Below, piece after piece: positions 10,901 to 23,946 of a DNA stretch of 64,000 nucleotides. The position numbers and the translations under genes are program-made. The notes beneath the pieces are model-generated. The model worked only from the letters and a program-made list of their open reading frames with translations. It was not told the origin of the DNA and searched no databases. Source of the stretch: Caecitellus pseudoparvulus (lineage: Eukaryota; Protista; Bigyra: Bicosoecida); assembly GCA_965644315.1 (NCBI GenBank), contig CBFFRQ010000086.1, positions 1 to 64,000 on the forward strand, in the 5' to 3' direction. Within the stretch, counting starts at the first letter, position 1. Every line of letters starts with the position of its first letter.

Positions 10901-13900
10901 ACTCCACGCCTCGAACACTGAGTTATTGCTGAAGACCCAGCTGGCACTGAGGTTGGCGGCATGCCCCTGGTATGGCGCGTCTACGTGGTGCGTGAGGGTG
11001 TTCCACACCGCCCCGGCGACGGGACTGCTGCCATCCACGAGCAAGCCATCAGACTCCAACAGCACGGACGCATCACCGACGTTGTTCACTGCTCGCACTT
11101 GCACGCAGTAGCGCAAGCCGAATGTCAAGGGCAAGCCCTCTGCAGTGAAGGTGGTGGCGAGGGGCGGTGCAACGTCTGTCCAATCCCGCACATTGCGAGA
11201 GGTGACGTCTCCGTTGTCGCACCAGCGAACGGCATACTGGTACTTGGCGATGGCACCGTCGTCCTCCAAGAAAGCGTCCCATTGGAACTTGAGGAAGGTG
11301 GCGGCAGGGGTGAAGTCTGCATCGCCAGTGACACCCGGCGTGAGGTCCAGCACCGTGCCGCCCACAGCAGGCTCGGGGGGAGTTCCGTCAAACACCACGC
11401 CATCAGACACCTTGTCCACAAACAAGCCATTAGTGGACACTGCCCTGACAATGACGAAATACGTCGTGCCCTGGGTCAGCACAATGGTGGCTGGGTTCGT
11501 GGTGGCGCGGGTGTCAGAGCCTACATACGTGAGGGGCAGGATGTCAAGGGGGTGTGCGGAGAAGTCGTCCCCAGGCGCGGGCGCAGAGCTGGACACTCCC
11601 CACAAATACGAGACGATGCTGGCCTCACCAGCGGTGAAGCTGCCCCAAGACGCGACGAGGCTGGGCTGGGAGTGCCCGTCCTGGTCCGCCTCCAGGTCGC
11701 GTGTGGGATCCACGTCGTGGACGTACGCGGCGGCAGCAGATGGCCGCCTGGATTCGATAGGCAGGGGCTGGGCTGGTGCAGGGATGATGTTCTGCGCGCG
11801 GTCTCGGCAGCGCACCGTCAGAAACGCAATGACAGCATCAGGTAGTTGGGGAATGGTGCCGGAGACGACGAGGGAGATGGAGTTCGAGCCGTACTGCCCT
11901 GGCACAGGCGTTTCAGGGTGCAGACGAGAGAAGGGAATCATGCTCTCGGGCGCAGCATCTGTGCCAGCAGCAACTTCACAGAAGGCAAAGCCAGACTCGG
12001 CGTCGACAACAGTCACTCGTGCCCGGAAGAAGGTGCGGTTTTGCAGCGCGGCCACGGGCGTCTCATCTGCGTCAAAGTCACCAGGGTTGCCGACGATGCC
12101 AGGGACGCCGTACTGCAGCCACGGGTTGTGTCGGTCGCCGAGGATCTCTGCCGAGACGGAAGGCGCGACTGTGTCCACGTACACACCGTCGCTGATGGAG
12201 GTCGTGGACAAGCCTGCCTCGTTCTCGGCTGTGACAATGAGGTACACCGTCGTGCCGGAGCGCACCGGGTCCACAGTTGTGAACGTGTGGTTCAGCACCG
12301 GACCAAGGTCTTCAAATGCCACAATGTCGTCTACGGGCCGGCCCAAGACGCTGCCCAGCCCCACGCGGTAATTGATAAGCGGTGAGATGTCCTCCGGAAA
12401 CTCTGGCCAGTGCACATGGAAGACCTTTGAGTCGTCCGTGAAGTCAATGTCACAGGTGGTCCCATCGCCTCCCAGCGCTGGCTCCAGGAAGGCACCACAG
12501 GTGGAACGCCCATCAAGGGGCTCGGCCAGGCCGGGCGGGGTGTTATCGTACGTCAGCCCATCAGATGTGCGAATGGTCGTCAAGCCTGCGGCGTTGATGG
12601 CTCGCATGTGCACAAAGTACTGTGTGCCGGCCACCAGACCCAGTGTGGGCACGGAGTGCACCCCAGTGGGTGCGACGTCCTTCCACTGCGCAAGGGGCAC
12701 CCCCGTGTCGGTTGGGTCACACAGGTCTGGGTCAGAGGAAGTGGACGTGATGCAGTACTGGTACTCGAGGATGCCGCCACGAGAGCTCTCCCTGTCTTGG
12801 AAGCCGTTCCACTGCCAAGCAGGGTTGTTGGACGCCTGGAAATCCACATCTGCCGTATCATCTTGTACTGTGATGCTGTAGGAGGGCAGGTCCACTTCGC
12901 GGACGCCTGCACGGGGCGACACGCCCACCGCATCCGGCACAGCCCGAGGCGGTGACAGGTCCACGACAAAGCCCGCAGAGCAGGACGTGAAGCGTTCGCC
13001 CTCTACGTTGCGAGCCTCCACCACCCACTTGTATCGCGCGCCCTGAGTGAGGGCTGCAACAGGTGGCAGCGTGTACTCCACTGCACCTGCCTGGCCCATG
13101 CTCAAGAAGCCGGCAGCAGCAACGTGCTTTGCATATGGCGTCCGTGCCCGCTTCATGACGAGGGGCGTGTAGTCCTGCAGCCACAGGCTGCGTGGGTTGG
13201 CGTGCGTTGGCAACATGCCTTCGGCGGGAGACGTGCTGCCTGGGGTCAGGACCGACTCACAGGCATAGGAGGGGACACCTGACGCCCCAGCGGGCCACGT
13301 GACGGCGACGAAGTGCCCCGCAGGGCACCGCATGGGGGGCTTCGTGCAAATAACCGGCTTGTGCAGGGCGCAGGCGCGGGGGTGCAGGCGGGGAGCAGCA
13401 GTTCCCCCCTCCACTGCCGCACAGTCCCCGCCCGCGGACAGATCAACGTCCGCCGCCCACGGCCACAGCCCCGTTGCAGTGACATCCTTGCCAAGCGTGC
13501 GGGGGGTGTAGGTGGACCGCCAGGTGCCGTTATGGCGTAGGTCAGACAGGCCCGTCCAGCAGGACCCCGAGCACAGCGGCGCGACAGCTTTGAGCACAGA
13601 GTACGTCGGGCTGCTGAGCGCCACGCCCTCGTCGCTTGCACACACGCCATCGGCGGCCGACCCAGCAGAAGCCCCTGCTGAAGCAAAGGCACAGGCAAAC
13701 TCGCCAGCTGACAGCTGCACCAGCACGTGCCCTGTGGCGCACGTGAACACGGGCGCCTCGCACACGGCTCGGGCGGAAGCTGTGCTGCCGGAGCCTGGGG
13801 CAGACACCTCTGCCGTGGAAGCCTGCACTTGGATGCGAGCAGCGTCCGCCCGACCTGCTGCCGAGACGCCAAATGGCGCCAAGCTGAAAGGCAGGGCCCA

Positions 13901-16900
13901 GTCACCAGCCGCAGCTCCATCCACGCCCATGGCCCCCTGTGCGAACTGCTGTGCATACTGGTGAGCGCCCATGCCCCACCAGAACTTGATGCCGGCGGGG
14001 TCCCCTGCGCTGTGCTGTGCGCCGATCCAGCACTGGCCGGTGCTGCACGTGCTGGCGACTGCGGCCATGTCATCACTGCCAAAGGCTGCAGCGGGCACGC
14101 CGCCGAGGGCCATGCACGTCGCGTCCACAGAGGCAAGGTCGGTCATGCCGCTGCGCCGCAGGCAGCGCGCAGGGGCACCTGGGGTGACGTACACGGAATA
14201 CCCCGGCGGGCACGATGCCACTGCCTGCTCACACAGGTACGGCAGCTCCGTCGAGTCGGGCTCCAGGCGGACCTGGGCCGTCATGGTGGCGGTGTCCTGG
14301 TCCACTGCAACAGTGGACAGAAACAACTTGGTGCCAGGAGCAGCGCCGGACAAGTCAGTGGGGTTGTTCAGGGGCAAGCCCGAAACAACACTTGACGAAG
14401 TGTGGGGGTGGGGCAAGGGGAAGGAGGTGGACCACAAGCTGGGCGCCTGGACGGACATGCCCAGCCAGCAGCGCATGCCCTTGTCAAAGCATGCGTACTG
14501 CAGGGCACGGAGCTTGACGGCGTCGTAGATGCCGAGGGACGCCAGGCTGGCACCCTCCGCGGCACAGGAGGCTTCCGCCGCCTCCCACGTCGCTGCTGTC
14601 TCCACGAACTTCACACAGGACGATAGTGCGCCGTCTGTGCCACGCGCCAGGGTGTACCCTGCAGGGCACTTGAGCAGCGTGCCGGCTGTGTCGCCTTGCA
14701 GGGCAGAGCCCAAGCACGTGTCCTCGTCTGTGGAGGAGCGCAGCACCTGCAGGCCCACCCGCACATCCAGGCTGTCACACGTGACGTCAAAGTCAGACAT
14801 GGACACCTTCAAGCCGGTGTGGGAGTTGGCTGCTTCAGACAGCAGGTCCCCCGCAGTGAAGGCCCCGAACGGCGTGATGTCCGTCTCCGTCTGCAGCGGA
14901 GTCACCTGCCCAGGAGTCATGGCCGGCAGCAACAATGGCTGCGCGTCAGAATACCCAGGGCATGTCGCTCGTGTGCCGTCGCACGTCGGCGCCAAGCGAC
15001 ACTCCGACTCCCGCCCAGCATTACAGGGCTGATTGTCGGCTGGCATGTATCTGGTGTCGAAGCACCCTCCGTCGCCGTTGCAGCTGTTGTCAATGTGGCA
15101 GTCCCCAGTCTCACACGAGTAAGGGGTGCCGGTGCAAATGCCTGCAATGCACGTGTCGTCAAAGGTGCACATTTCGCCGTCGTCGCAGCCCAGGCCGTTG
15201 GGGCGTGTAGACCACGCTGTGGCATCCTTCAGCACGTCACAGTACTGGCAGCCAGGCTGGTCGGGGCTCACCTCGTTGTGAGCGTACACAACGCCGTCAA
15301 TGAGACAACCGCACGACTTGCTACCGCCACCCAGGTCCTTCACGCCACCCAAGAAGCCTGGCGCCAAGTCACAGCCGCCTTCTCCGTCGCACACCTCGCA
15401 GTTTTGCGCGTCATCGCCAGTCCACTCGTACGCCAGGCATGTCGTGTACAGGGTGCCTTGGCACAGCCCCGCGCCGGTGCAGGTATCGTTGAAGGTGCAG
15501 GACAGCTCATCATCACAGATCTTGTCCTCCTCCAGGCTCCACGTCTCAAACCCGCCGTCATCCCGCGGGTCACAGCGGTAGCACTGAGAGTGCACGTCCA
15601 CGTCACTCTCGCGCGGCTTTCCGGCCAAGAAGGGGATGCACTCGTCCACCCCCAGCGCGTTGCGAATGTAGCAGCTGTCCACGAGGGGGCAGTGCGTGCA
15701 GCGGAAGCGCAAGTAGGCGTGTCCTGGCTCGCCAGGGGCGCCGGCCATGGTCTCAGGGTGGGCTGTCACGCCACTTGCCCCCACACTGCCCAAGGTCAGT
15801 GTTGGGTGCCCTGTGCCGCTGATAAGGAGTGATGGCAGGTAGTCGTTGCTGCCGCCACCTGCGCCGGAGACGGCTGTTCCAGGTGCAGTGGCGCCACTCC
15901 CCCCGCCCAGCAGACCCTGCCCTCCGGACGGCGCGTACTCTGCGCAAGTGCCACCATTGCAGATGTCGCCGTCAGCACCACCTCCCAGCACACGGTCGCC
16001 CAGCGCACCCTGCGTGACATGGTTAGGGTCGGCAGGGTCGCCGACACCACCTTCGCCCGCCTCGATGAAAGTGCCGCCACCACCCCCTGTCGTGGACCCC
16101 GCAGCTTCGCCGCCGGCCCCGCGAGCCTGCAGACCACCGCCACCGGCACCGCCACTGCCGCAAGTGCTGGCGCCGTAACCACCGCCGCCACCCCCACCCA
16201 CGACGATCAACTCATCGTACAGGGAGGGGTAGAAGAGGGCCGTGCGCTGCCCACCGCCTCGGTTGGGCAGCTGCGTGCCGCCTGGTGCGAGGGGGTACCC
16301 CACACCAAAGCCGTTGGTGCCGTTGGCCAGAGCATCTGTGGCAGACATGCCAGGGCCCAGCGTGAGGGCGGGGGAGGACAGAGGGTCTGTGCTGGGGGCA
16401 AACTTGCTCCCCACATCGCCTACAGACACCGCCAGATCCCGACCAGGCACCATTTGCACCCGGGCCGCAAAGTAGCCCCCGCTGCCTCCCAGGCAAGGCA
16501 CGCTGCCAGTGGGGTCCAGGCCAAGTTGCCTGCGCCCAGGCGAGCCTCCAGCACCGTACAGCGCCACATCTGCGGCAATGGCTCCGGGCGGCACCTTGAG
16601 AATGTGCACACCCGTGCCCATGATGGGCAGGGAGGGCAGCAACTCACACCGCGGCGGCGCAGGGGAGAGCTGCTGGATGGCGACGTGGCCTCGCAGGAAG
16701 CCAGGGCGACCTGCCGTGGCGCCGATCCACTTGTTCAGGGGGTCGCCTGGGGCCGTGACACTGCCGCCGACCAGGCGCCCGAATGACACACGGGCCGCCT
16801 GCAAGTAGCTGGAGCCGCCACCGCCGCCGCTGACGGCGCCAGCCAAGACCCCTGACGCAGCCCCCGCACCGCCACCGTAGTACCCGCCACCTCCGCCGCC

Positions 16901-19900
16901 GCCGTGGCCCACTGCCACGAACTCGGAGCAGGCAGACACGCCAGCGCGGTTGCGGGCTCCAGCCAGGCCCCACGTACAGGCGTCCGCAGAGGTGGCGCCG
17001 GAGCTGCGCACGACCCCGCCAGCGCCATACCCTGCTTCCAGCAGGGTTGTCTGCAGGTGCGAGTTGAGGTTGGTGCCACCGAGCCCGCCGTAGGCAGTGG
17101 CAAAATCCGAGCCTGAGGAGGTGAAGGTGGACACAGTGCCCTCCCCCGCATCATGGGAGCCGCCGGGGCCGCCATGGCTCACACCGCCTCCGCCGCCACC
17201 ACCCGCTACGATGAGCTCCTGGAGGGAATCCACTGCCGCGTCTGCGGGGAGCACTGTGCTGCGCACTGACAAGACGGCAGATCGGTCTCCACCCTGCCCA
17301 CCTCCCTGGTGGTCCTTGCCTGCGCCGGAGTCCAGCGCCACACGGGAGGCAGCTGAGGCCCACGCTGGGTCCACCGCCTCCCAACCCATGCGCGCGCCAC
17401 CCACCGTGACGACCACCGAGTCCCCCGCAGAGATCGCCAGGAACCCTGAAGCGCTGGCACCGCCGCCACCTTTGCCGGGCAGTGGGCGGACAGAGCCTCC
17501 GCCGGCGCCCCACGTGCTGAGGCGCAGGCGCCCAACCCCTGCGGGAGCTGTGTACACGCACACCTGGCCAGGCTGGTGCAAGTGCACGGTGCTACCCACC
17601 ACGCTGCCGGGTGTGTTGGCCCCCGTCGTGTCACATGGGGGAATGTACTCACAGACGTATCTTCGAGCAGTGCTGGGTGACGGGTCCACGTGCAGCTGGC
17701 CATAGCTGCTGCTGAGGTACGCTCGCGACCCAGTGGAGAAGCCAGCAGCTGGGTGGCAGTCACCACACTCAACTTGAGACATGTCCCACAGGGTGCCCTT
17801 CGCATACCGTGCCGTGTCCAGCTTGCCAAGGGCAGTGTGCGCCCACAGGGACCCGGCCGGGTCGCTGTTGTCCAGCCACCGCCAGGTGGACCCGCCCTCA
17901 GCAGCCTTGGCGCCCACCCAAGCTCCGGAGGTGGTGGAGTGGCTGCCGTCGTGCAGAGAATCCGCGCCCAGTGCTTCGTGCACGACAGCCAACTCCAAGG
18001 CATCGTGCACGGTCCAGAGTTGAGCGTGGGCGTGCTTGGCCTTGCAGTTGGAGGCCGCGACTGCGAAGGTCGCGGGAGTCTGCTCCACGATCAAGCAGGT
18101 GCCGGTGGTGGGGGAACGGAGCCAGCCTGCGGGACAGGTGCTGCCCACCTCACACGCGACGTACTTCTTGGAGGTGCTGCACAGCTCAGCCGCCAGTTTG
18201 GTGTCGGATGGTGTGGAGGACGGGGAGAGACAGAACTCCCCTGGGGTGGCGCCGAACGTCACGCCTGCGATGGCGCCGTCGTCCAGGCTGCCGAAGTTGA
18301 GCGTGCCTGCGTCCAGGCCAGTGGCCGAAGCAGAGGACCCAGTACCAGGCCGCCACATAATGCTGTGCACGGTTTGCGGCTCCACGTGGCCGCCTGTCCA
18401 CACGCCGTCTCCGCGGGCAAGGACCGCTGCTACGTGGGAGTTCCACCACTGGATACTGCGGGAAGTCCAGAGACGAGCAGGGGACGCCACGCGGGGGCTG
18501 TCGGCTGGGGCAGCGGCAGCGCAGATGTCTGACGCATCCGCTGCGCCAGATCCAGATGGCACCTCAACCAGCTTGATGCACTGCCCGGTGGTGGGGTCCA
18601 CAGTGTCGCCGTCAGGGCACAGCGGCGGCGGCGCCACACACACGAAGCCGCCCTCAGAGAACAGCCCAGTTGTGTTGCACGGCGCCGGCTCCAGCCGCCC
18701 AATGTAGAAGGAGCTGCACTTCCCAGTGCTGCCGTCAGGCACCCCTCCCCTCCACAGGTTCCCCGGCACCGGCTTGCCGTCCCCCCACACCCACTGGCCA
18801 TTCTCCATGTGCGCGCCAACCGCAACACGCTGCCCATAGCGTGGGCGGCCAGTGTTGAACTCTTGCAAGAGCACGTGACGCAGCCAGTCCCAAGGCTGGT
18901 CACCATGGTCGACAGGTGCTGCAGGGGGGTAGGCCAGGTGTCCGCCCTCAGCGGCACACTGTGCCTCCAGAGTGTCCCACGACACCTCCGAGGCCGTGCC
19001 CGGCACGACGTCCAGGTGAATACCGCAAGATGTGGCGGTGGGGTTGGATATCCACTTTGCAGGGCACCCGATGGGCCGCACAGCACACACAGGGAGGGCG
19101 GTCGTCTCGTCGGCACAGTCAGTGGCATGCAAGCCTCCGCTCACGCCCAGCGACACGCAGTTCAGGCCGACATCGGGCGGCGTGCTCCAGCTACCGGAGG
19201 GCGGCGCGGCGATGATGTCGTTGGCCGGGGCATTGTCCCCCGTGCCGTACCACATGTGCCCGCGGACGGAGGGGAAGCCGACGCCGGCGCCCATCCAAGC
19301 CCGCTGCATGTCTGGCGCGGCAAAGTGCGTCGCAAGCTGCCCCTGGAACCACGCCAGCTCGGCGGCGGAAGAGGGGACAAAGAGGGACGAGCCAGGGAAT
19401 GCATCGGCACAGTGAGCCAGAGCGTCCGGCTGGGACATGAACGCTGCGCCCCAGCCAAAGTGCACGCAGGCGCCGGAGAAAGGCGACGAAGCCTGGAAAC
19501 CTGGCGGGCAGTGCGCGACAGTCATCCGGTCCAGGCGAAGCTCCTCCCCTGGTGCAGGGGTGGCAGTGGGAGTGGCTTGGAGCCTTCGGGCCTGCTGCTG
19601 CTGCTGCGGGGGTTGCGTCAGGGACTCTGCAGGGGCTGGCGTGGCGGAGCCTGCTTTGGACGCGTCGGGCTGTGGCTGCAACGACGGCGATGCCTGCGCT
19701 GACAGCTGAGCCGGCAGCGGCGCATGTGATGGCAGGGGCGAAGGGCTGGCTACAACAGGGGCATTGTAAGCCGGGGCGCTGGGGCCTGCCACCTGCAAGG
19801 CGTCTTCACACCAGGTTTTCGGCTGCACACACACTGTGCGTGCCTGCGAAGAGCAGGGCTGACTTTTCACAGACCCCCTCGCGTGCAGGACAGCGCATGT

Positions 19901-20448
19901 GCCAGCCGGCACGGTGCTCAGACCCTTGAAGAATGCCATAGCCAGCTTGGGGTCCCTGACTGCCCCCTCGAAGCCGCCGGGCCAAGTCCAGGCGCCGGGC
20001 TTGTCGGGGGTGCCCTCGCGTTTCGCCAACCACAGCGGGAACTTGGAATGTGGCACCATGCTCTGCAGGCGCAGGCCGGAGCGCATGTCCACTGGCACTG
20101 TGCCATCAGGGCATGTTGCAGTACCGAATGCGCTTGCTGGCTCTGGCACGACGAGGCAGCTGGGCAGCTGGGCCGGCGATCTGTTGGGAGCGGAGCGTGC
20201 CTTCGTCGTGATGGTCGGCAAGTTGCGGGGGGAACGGCGGGAAGCTCGCACGCCGTCACTTACACAAACTTCTTGTCCACGTGGTTAGTATCCATCATTG
20301 CTGCGGGAGGGGGTGGGAGGACGCGGAGGGTGCCTGCACAGTGATGGCTTGCCGCTGCCGCAGTGCACGAACTGGAGCCGCCGCCGACATGTTGGCTGCT
20401 GGCTGCCGTGCCGACGGCAGCCAGGCCAAGCAGTGCCAGCCAAAGCAT
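4985..20448 (-). CDS. Giant (about 5,100 aa) secreted mosaic protein: signal peptide, about 8 C-type-lectin-like domains, two Gly-rich domains, Cys-rich repeats and many FN3/Ig-like repeats
   Basis: 15-kb open frame. Exon 1 from ATG 20448 encodes MLWLALLGLAAVGTAA (signal peptide). A GTAAGT...CAG intron at 20181-20263 joins it in frame to the long ORF. Modules: CPxGW/Y...WEAAEASCAAEGASLAS...W.G...(Y/F)VCE lectin-like units; GAGGG/GGGGGSSY Gly-rich units; CDDGEMCTFDDTC repeats; D.TPP...W..F.D.ES...Y...G repeats; CVPCPLGTFK. Confidence 0.9.
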
Positions 20449-20688
20449 GCTTTGGTGGCTATGCAAGTCTACGTGACTCAGGAGCAGTGCTCCCCTGGGT
20501 CTCGGACGTGTAGGAGCAATCCTTGGTGTAGTGTGGAAATTGACACGATGCTATTACTGGCTCGGCGCCGTGCTCGAGGGAGGGGGCGAGTCTGGGCACA
20601 GAGCCAGCTCTGCGCCAGCGCCATGTGCACGTGATCTACGCCGTGAATTCCGTTGCTGTGGACCCAAGCCTCGCACGCCACCCCCGCT

Positions 20689-21819
20689 TCATTCGCTTGC
20701 AGCAGCTGCCGCTGGCGCCGCTGCGCCGTCAGGCGTGATGTCTGACACTTGCTCCCATCCCCCGGCCAACGTCTCCTTCCACAGCGTGGCGGAGTTGTCC
20801 CCGCAAGACACTGCCAGAAGGTTCCCGGTAGTGCTCCAAGACACCCGCCAGGCAGGCGCAGAGAAGGCAGGCAGCTCTTGCTTCACCCACTCGCCGCCCG
20901 ATGCGGCCTGGCGCCAGATGACCACGACGCCATTCTCCCACGCCGTGGCCATCACGTTCACCGGCATGCCAGAGCTGGGTGCCCAGGCAACATCCCGGGC
21001 ACTTGCGCTGTACCCCTTCAACAGGCCGTTGTCGTCCAGCTCCCAGACGCCGTCGCTGCCAACGCGCTTGTACACGCGCACGTTGCCATCGACACCAGCG
21101 GTGGCCAAGCGCGCCACGACCTGGTCCCCTGCTTGGCACCCCACATGGTGGTAAGGTGCCCAGGACACGGAGTTCACGCCTGCTGAGCAATCTTGGATGA
21201 TGGCGGTTTCCCATGACGCGTCACCCTTGTGTGTCATGACGCTGACGCTGCCGTCGGCAGAAGCCGCAGCGAGGGAGGCCCCCAACTCATGTGGTGCCCA
21301 TGCGATGCCATTCACACTGGACTTGTGCCCTTCGTACGTGTGCACGACGCTCCACGTGTTGCCGGCCGTCTCCTTGTGCACCAGCACCCGCCTGTCGTAG
21401 CTGCAGGATGCCAGCAGGCTGCCGAACTTGGGGTGGGCCCAGGTCACTTCCCACACAGGCCCCTCATGCCTGAGTAGGGGTGGTGGGGTGGATCGTCACG
21501 GTGTGCCGCTGAAGCAGGCGCTGGCAGTGCAGGGCAGGTGAAACGCTGGTGGCACGCTGGCCGCCCTCTGGCTCCGCCTACGCACCCTTTCAGCTCCGCA
21601 ATGTAGCTGTACTCGTCACCTGATACATCATACACCTTAATGCTCCTGTCAGATGAGCATGTTGCCAGACGCTTGCCGTAGTAGTCGAACTGTGCGTCGT
21701 GCTGTGCAGGGAGCGGGAACGGCTGGTGCTGCGCTGGCCGAGCTTGGGCTGGCTCGCCGCCCGCGCCGTACCACTGTGTCTGCGTGCTGGGTGTCGATGA
21801 TGTGTACAGGCTCAGCCAT
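20689..21819 (-). CDS. SEC13: Protein transport protein SEC13 (WD40), 3 exons
   Basis: [16 protein letters not shown]|[26 protein letters not shown]...G|[29 protein letters not shown] introns at 21702-21771 and 21470-21585 restore the frame. Confidence 0.97.
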
Positions 21820-22099
21820 GGCGGCCTGTTGGATCTCGCAGCGCTGGTTGCGAAGCAAGGAGTGGCAGGCGCAGTGCGCGTGGGTGTGGCGTGGCTTCGG
21901 TGTGTGTGTTTTGACTGGGGGGCGCAGGTACAGGCGCGGCGTCTGTCCAGCGCCCCTCTCGCCCACACTTGAGCCCAAGACTTCATGTTTGGAGGCAGTA
22001 GTGTAGACTTCAGGCACAAGCCGTATCGGCTGCATTTGGACACTCACGCGCGGTGCAACACGCCACGGAAATCACACGGCTGGATGAGGGCGCCACACC

Positions 22100-23601
22100 C
22101 TACAGAACGGCGCTGGCGCCGCCCGGAACGGGGGGCGGCACGATACTGGCCCCTTGCCCACTGCCCGCGCCCTGCTGCACGATGGAGGCCGCGATGGGGG
22201 GGTGGCTTGCTTCCTCCTCCCGCTCCATGTGCCCCCCTCCCCCCATGCCGCCCGGGTGGTGGTGGTGGTGCTGCTGCGGGGAGAAGTGCCCAGGATGCTG
22301 CTGAGGGGGGGGGAAGTGCCCAGGGTGCTGCTGAGGAGGAAACTGCCCAGGGTGCTGCTGGTGCTGCTGAGGTGGGAAATGCCCGGGGTGCTGCTGGGGG
22401 GGGAAGTGCCCAGGGTGCTGCTGCTGGTGATGCTGGTGGGGGGGGAAGTGCCCTGGCGGCCCTTGCGCCATGCCCCCTCCGTCAGCAGGAGGCACGATGT
22501 GGATGGGGGCATGGCGTGGCTGCTGCGACCGCCCCATCAAGCCTAGCTGATTGATGAAGCGGTACTGGTCAGGCACCTCCATCAGCGCATCCAGAGCGAA
22601 TTGTGCCTCAGCAGCTGGGGGGCAGTACTCCAGTGAGCCCCCCCGCTTTGCAAGGGAGTCACTGACCACGACGCTTTGCCAGTTGTCGAATCTGCGGTGG
22701 GGGATGGCGTCGTCGAAGTGGCCCATGAGGTCCCACGGGCCGTCACCCACGCCCACCAGGACAATGGAGAGGGGGAAGTGGGATGCCTCCACAATTGCGT
22801 TGGCGGTGTCCTGCTCCAGGGAGGACAGCTGGCCGTCGGCGGTGGACGAGGGCCGTGTCACCTGGCCGTCGGCGATGATGACCAGGATGTGGTACTGGCC
22901 GCCTGACTGGCTCACGATTTCAATCGCTTTGCGGATGATGGGGGCGAAGGTGGTGGGGCCGGCCAACCGCACGTGCGGAGCCAGGGACATGTACCGTTGC
23001 ATGACGTGCTCGAAGCCATGGCAAGGGGCCTCCCCGGGGTTGAAGGAGAAGAGCTTGTCAGCCCCCGTGTCGGCTGAGCCGAAGCCGTACACGGGGATGA
23101 GCGCGTCGTCGTCGAACCCTTCCAGCGTCCTTCTGCGACAGGCAAGGATAGGCAGCCGTGCTTGCGCTGGTGCCGAGAGGCGCACGCCCTGTTGTGCAGT
23201 GCGCACCCAATGATGTTGATGACCGATGAGTAGGGGTTGGTGCTGATTGACGTGTCGTGCAAGCTGCGCCCTCCAAAGGTCCGCTTGCCCGTCCACTCCT
23301 GTGCGCAGAAAGGCACGCAAGCTGGTGCAACGCCCGCGTTTGTCAGAGAGTGCCCGCGGCGCCTCACATTGGACTTCGTGAAGTCAATGCCGATGATGAG
23401 GTTGGAGCTCTCCAAGCCAGTGCTGCGCAGGGCAGTTTGCAGCTGGTCCAGGGACGAGAACCTGTGGATGCGAGGAGCATGTGAGGTGGACCTGGCAATT
23501 TCCGCCGCTGCGACAGCGAGGCCGCACTGGTCAGGGATGTGCTTCAGAAGACTGGGGGGCTGCCGAGGAGGTACTGCTGGAGTACTTGAAGAACAACCCA
23601 T
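22100..23601 (-). CDS. RGLG-type copine/vWA domain protein with N-terminal MGC acylation motif and Q/H/P-rich tail, no RING; 4 exons
   Basis: GLESSNLIIGIDFTKSNEWTGKRTF, NPY, FDDDALIPVYGFG, LAGPTTFAPII, QYHILVIIADGQV, PLSIVLVGVGDGPWD, FDD.IP.RRFDN and ALMEVPDQY. Introns at 23462-23527, 23299-23367 and 23133-23206. Confidence 0.9.
22255..22455 (-). repeat. Coding tandem repeat of about 27-36 bp encoding (QQH)PG(H/Q)F(P/S)P, about 6 copies
   Basis: Repeated gggaagtgcccagggtgctgctg on the + strand; protein reads PGHFPPQQHPGHFPPQQHQQHPGQFPPQQHPGHFPPPQQHPGHFSPQQ. Confidence 0.9.
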
Positions 23602-23946
23602 GGTGCTGGGAAGGGCGCCACTCGTGGAGAACTCGTGCTCACAGAGGGCTGTGGCCTGGCGACGTCACTGGCTGCACCTGGGTGTGCTTGTTGCGCGCAG
23701 AAAAGGGGCAGCAGGTCGCCGCTAGACGTTATTACAACAATGCACAAGAGCACTGGACATGTACATTGGACAGGGCATGATTCGCATTGTGTAGTTTGGT
23801 ACGCTGCCCCCTCTGCGTGCGCAAGGCCAAAATAGCCGAGTGAGGCTGAGGCAACAGGCCCACGGCGCAGGTTTTCCAATGAGGCAGAGGCAGGTCGGCA
23901 TCACATGAAGACTGGCTGTGCGCCGGCTGGGGTGCTGGGAGGCAAG

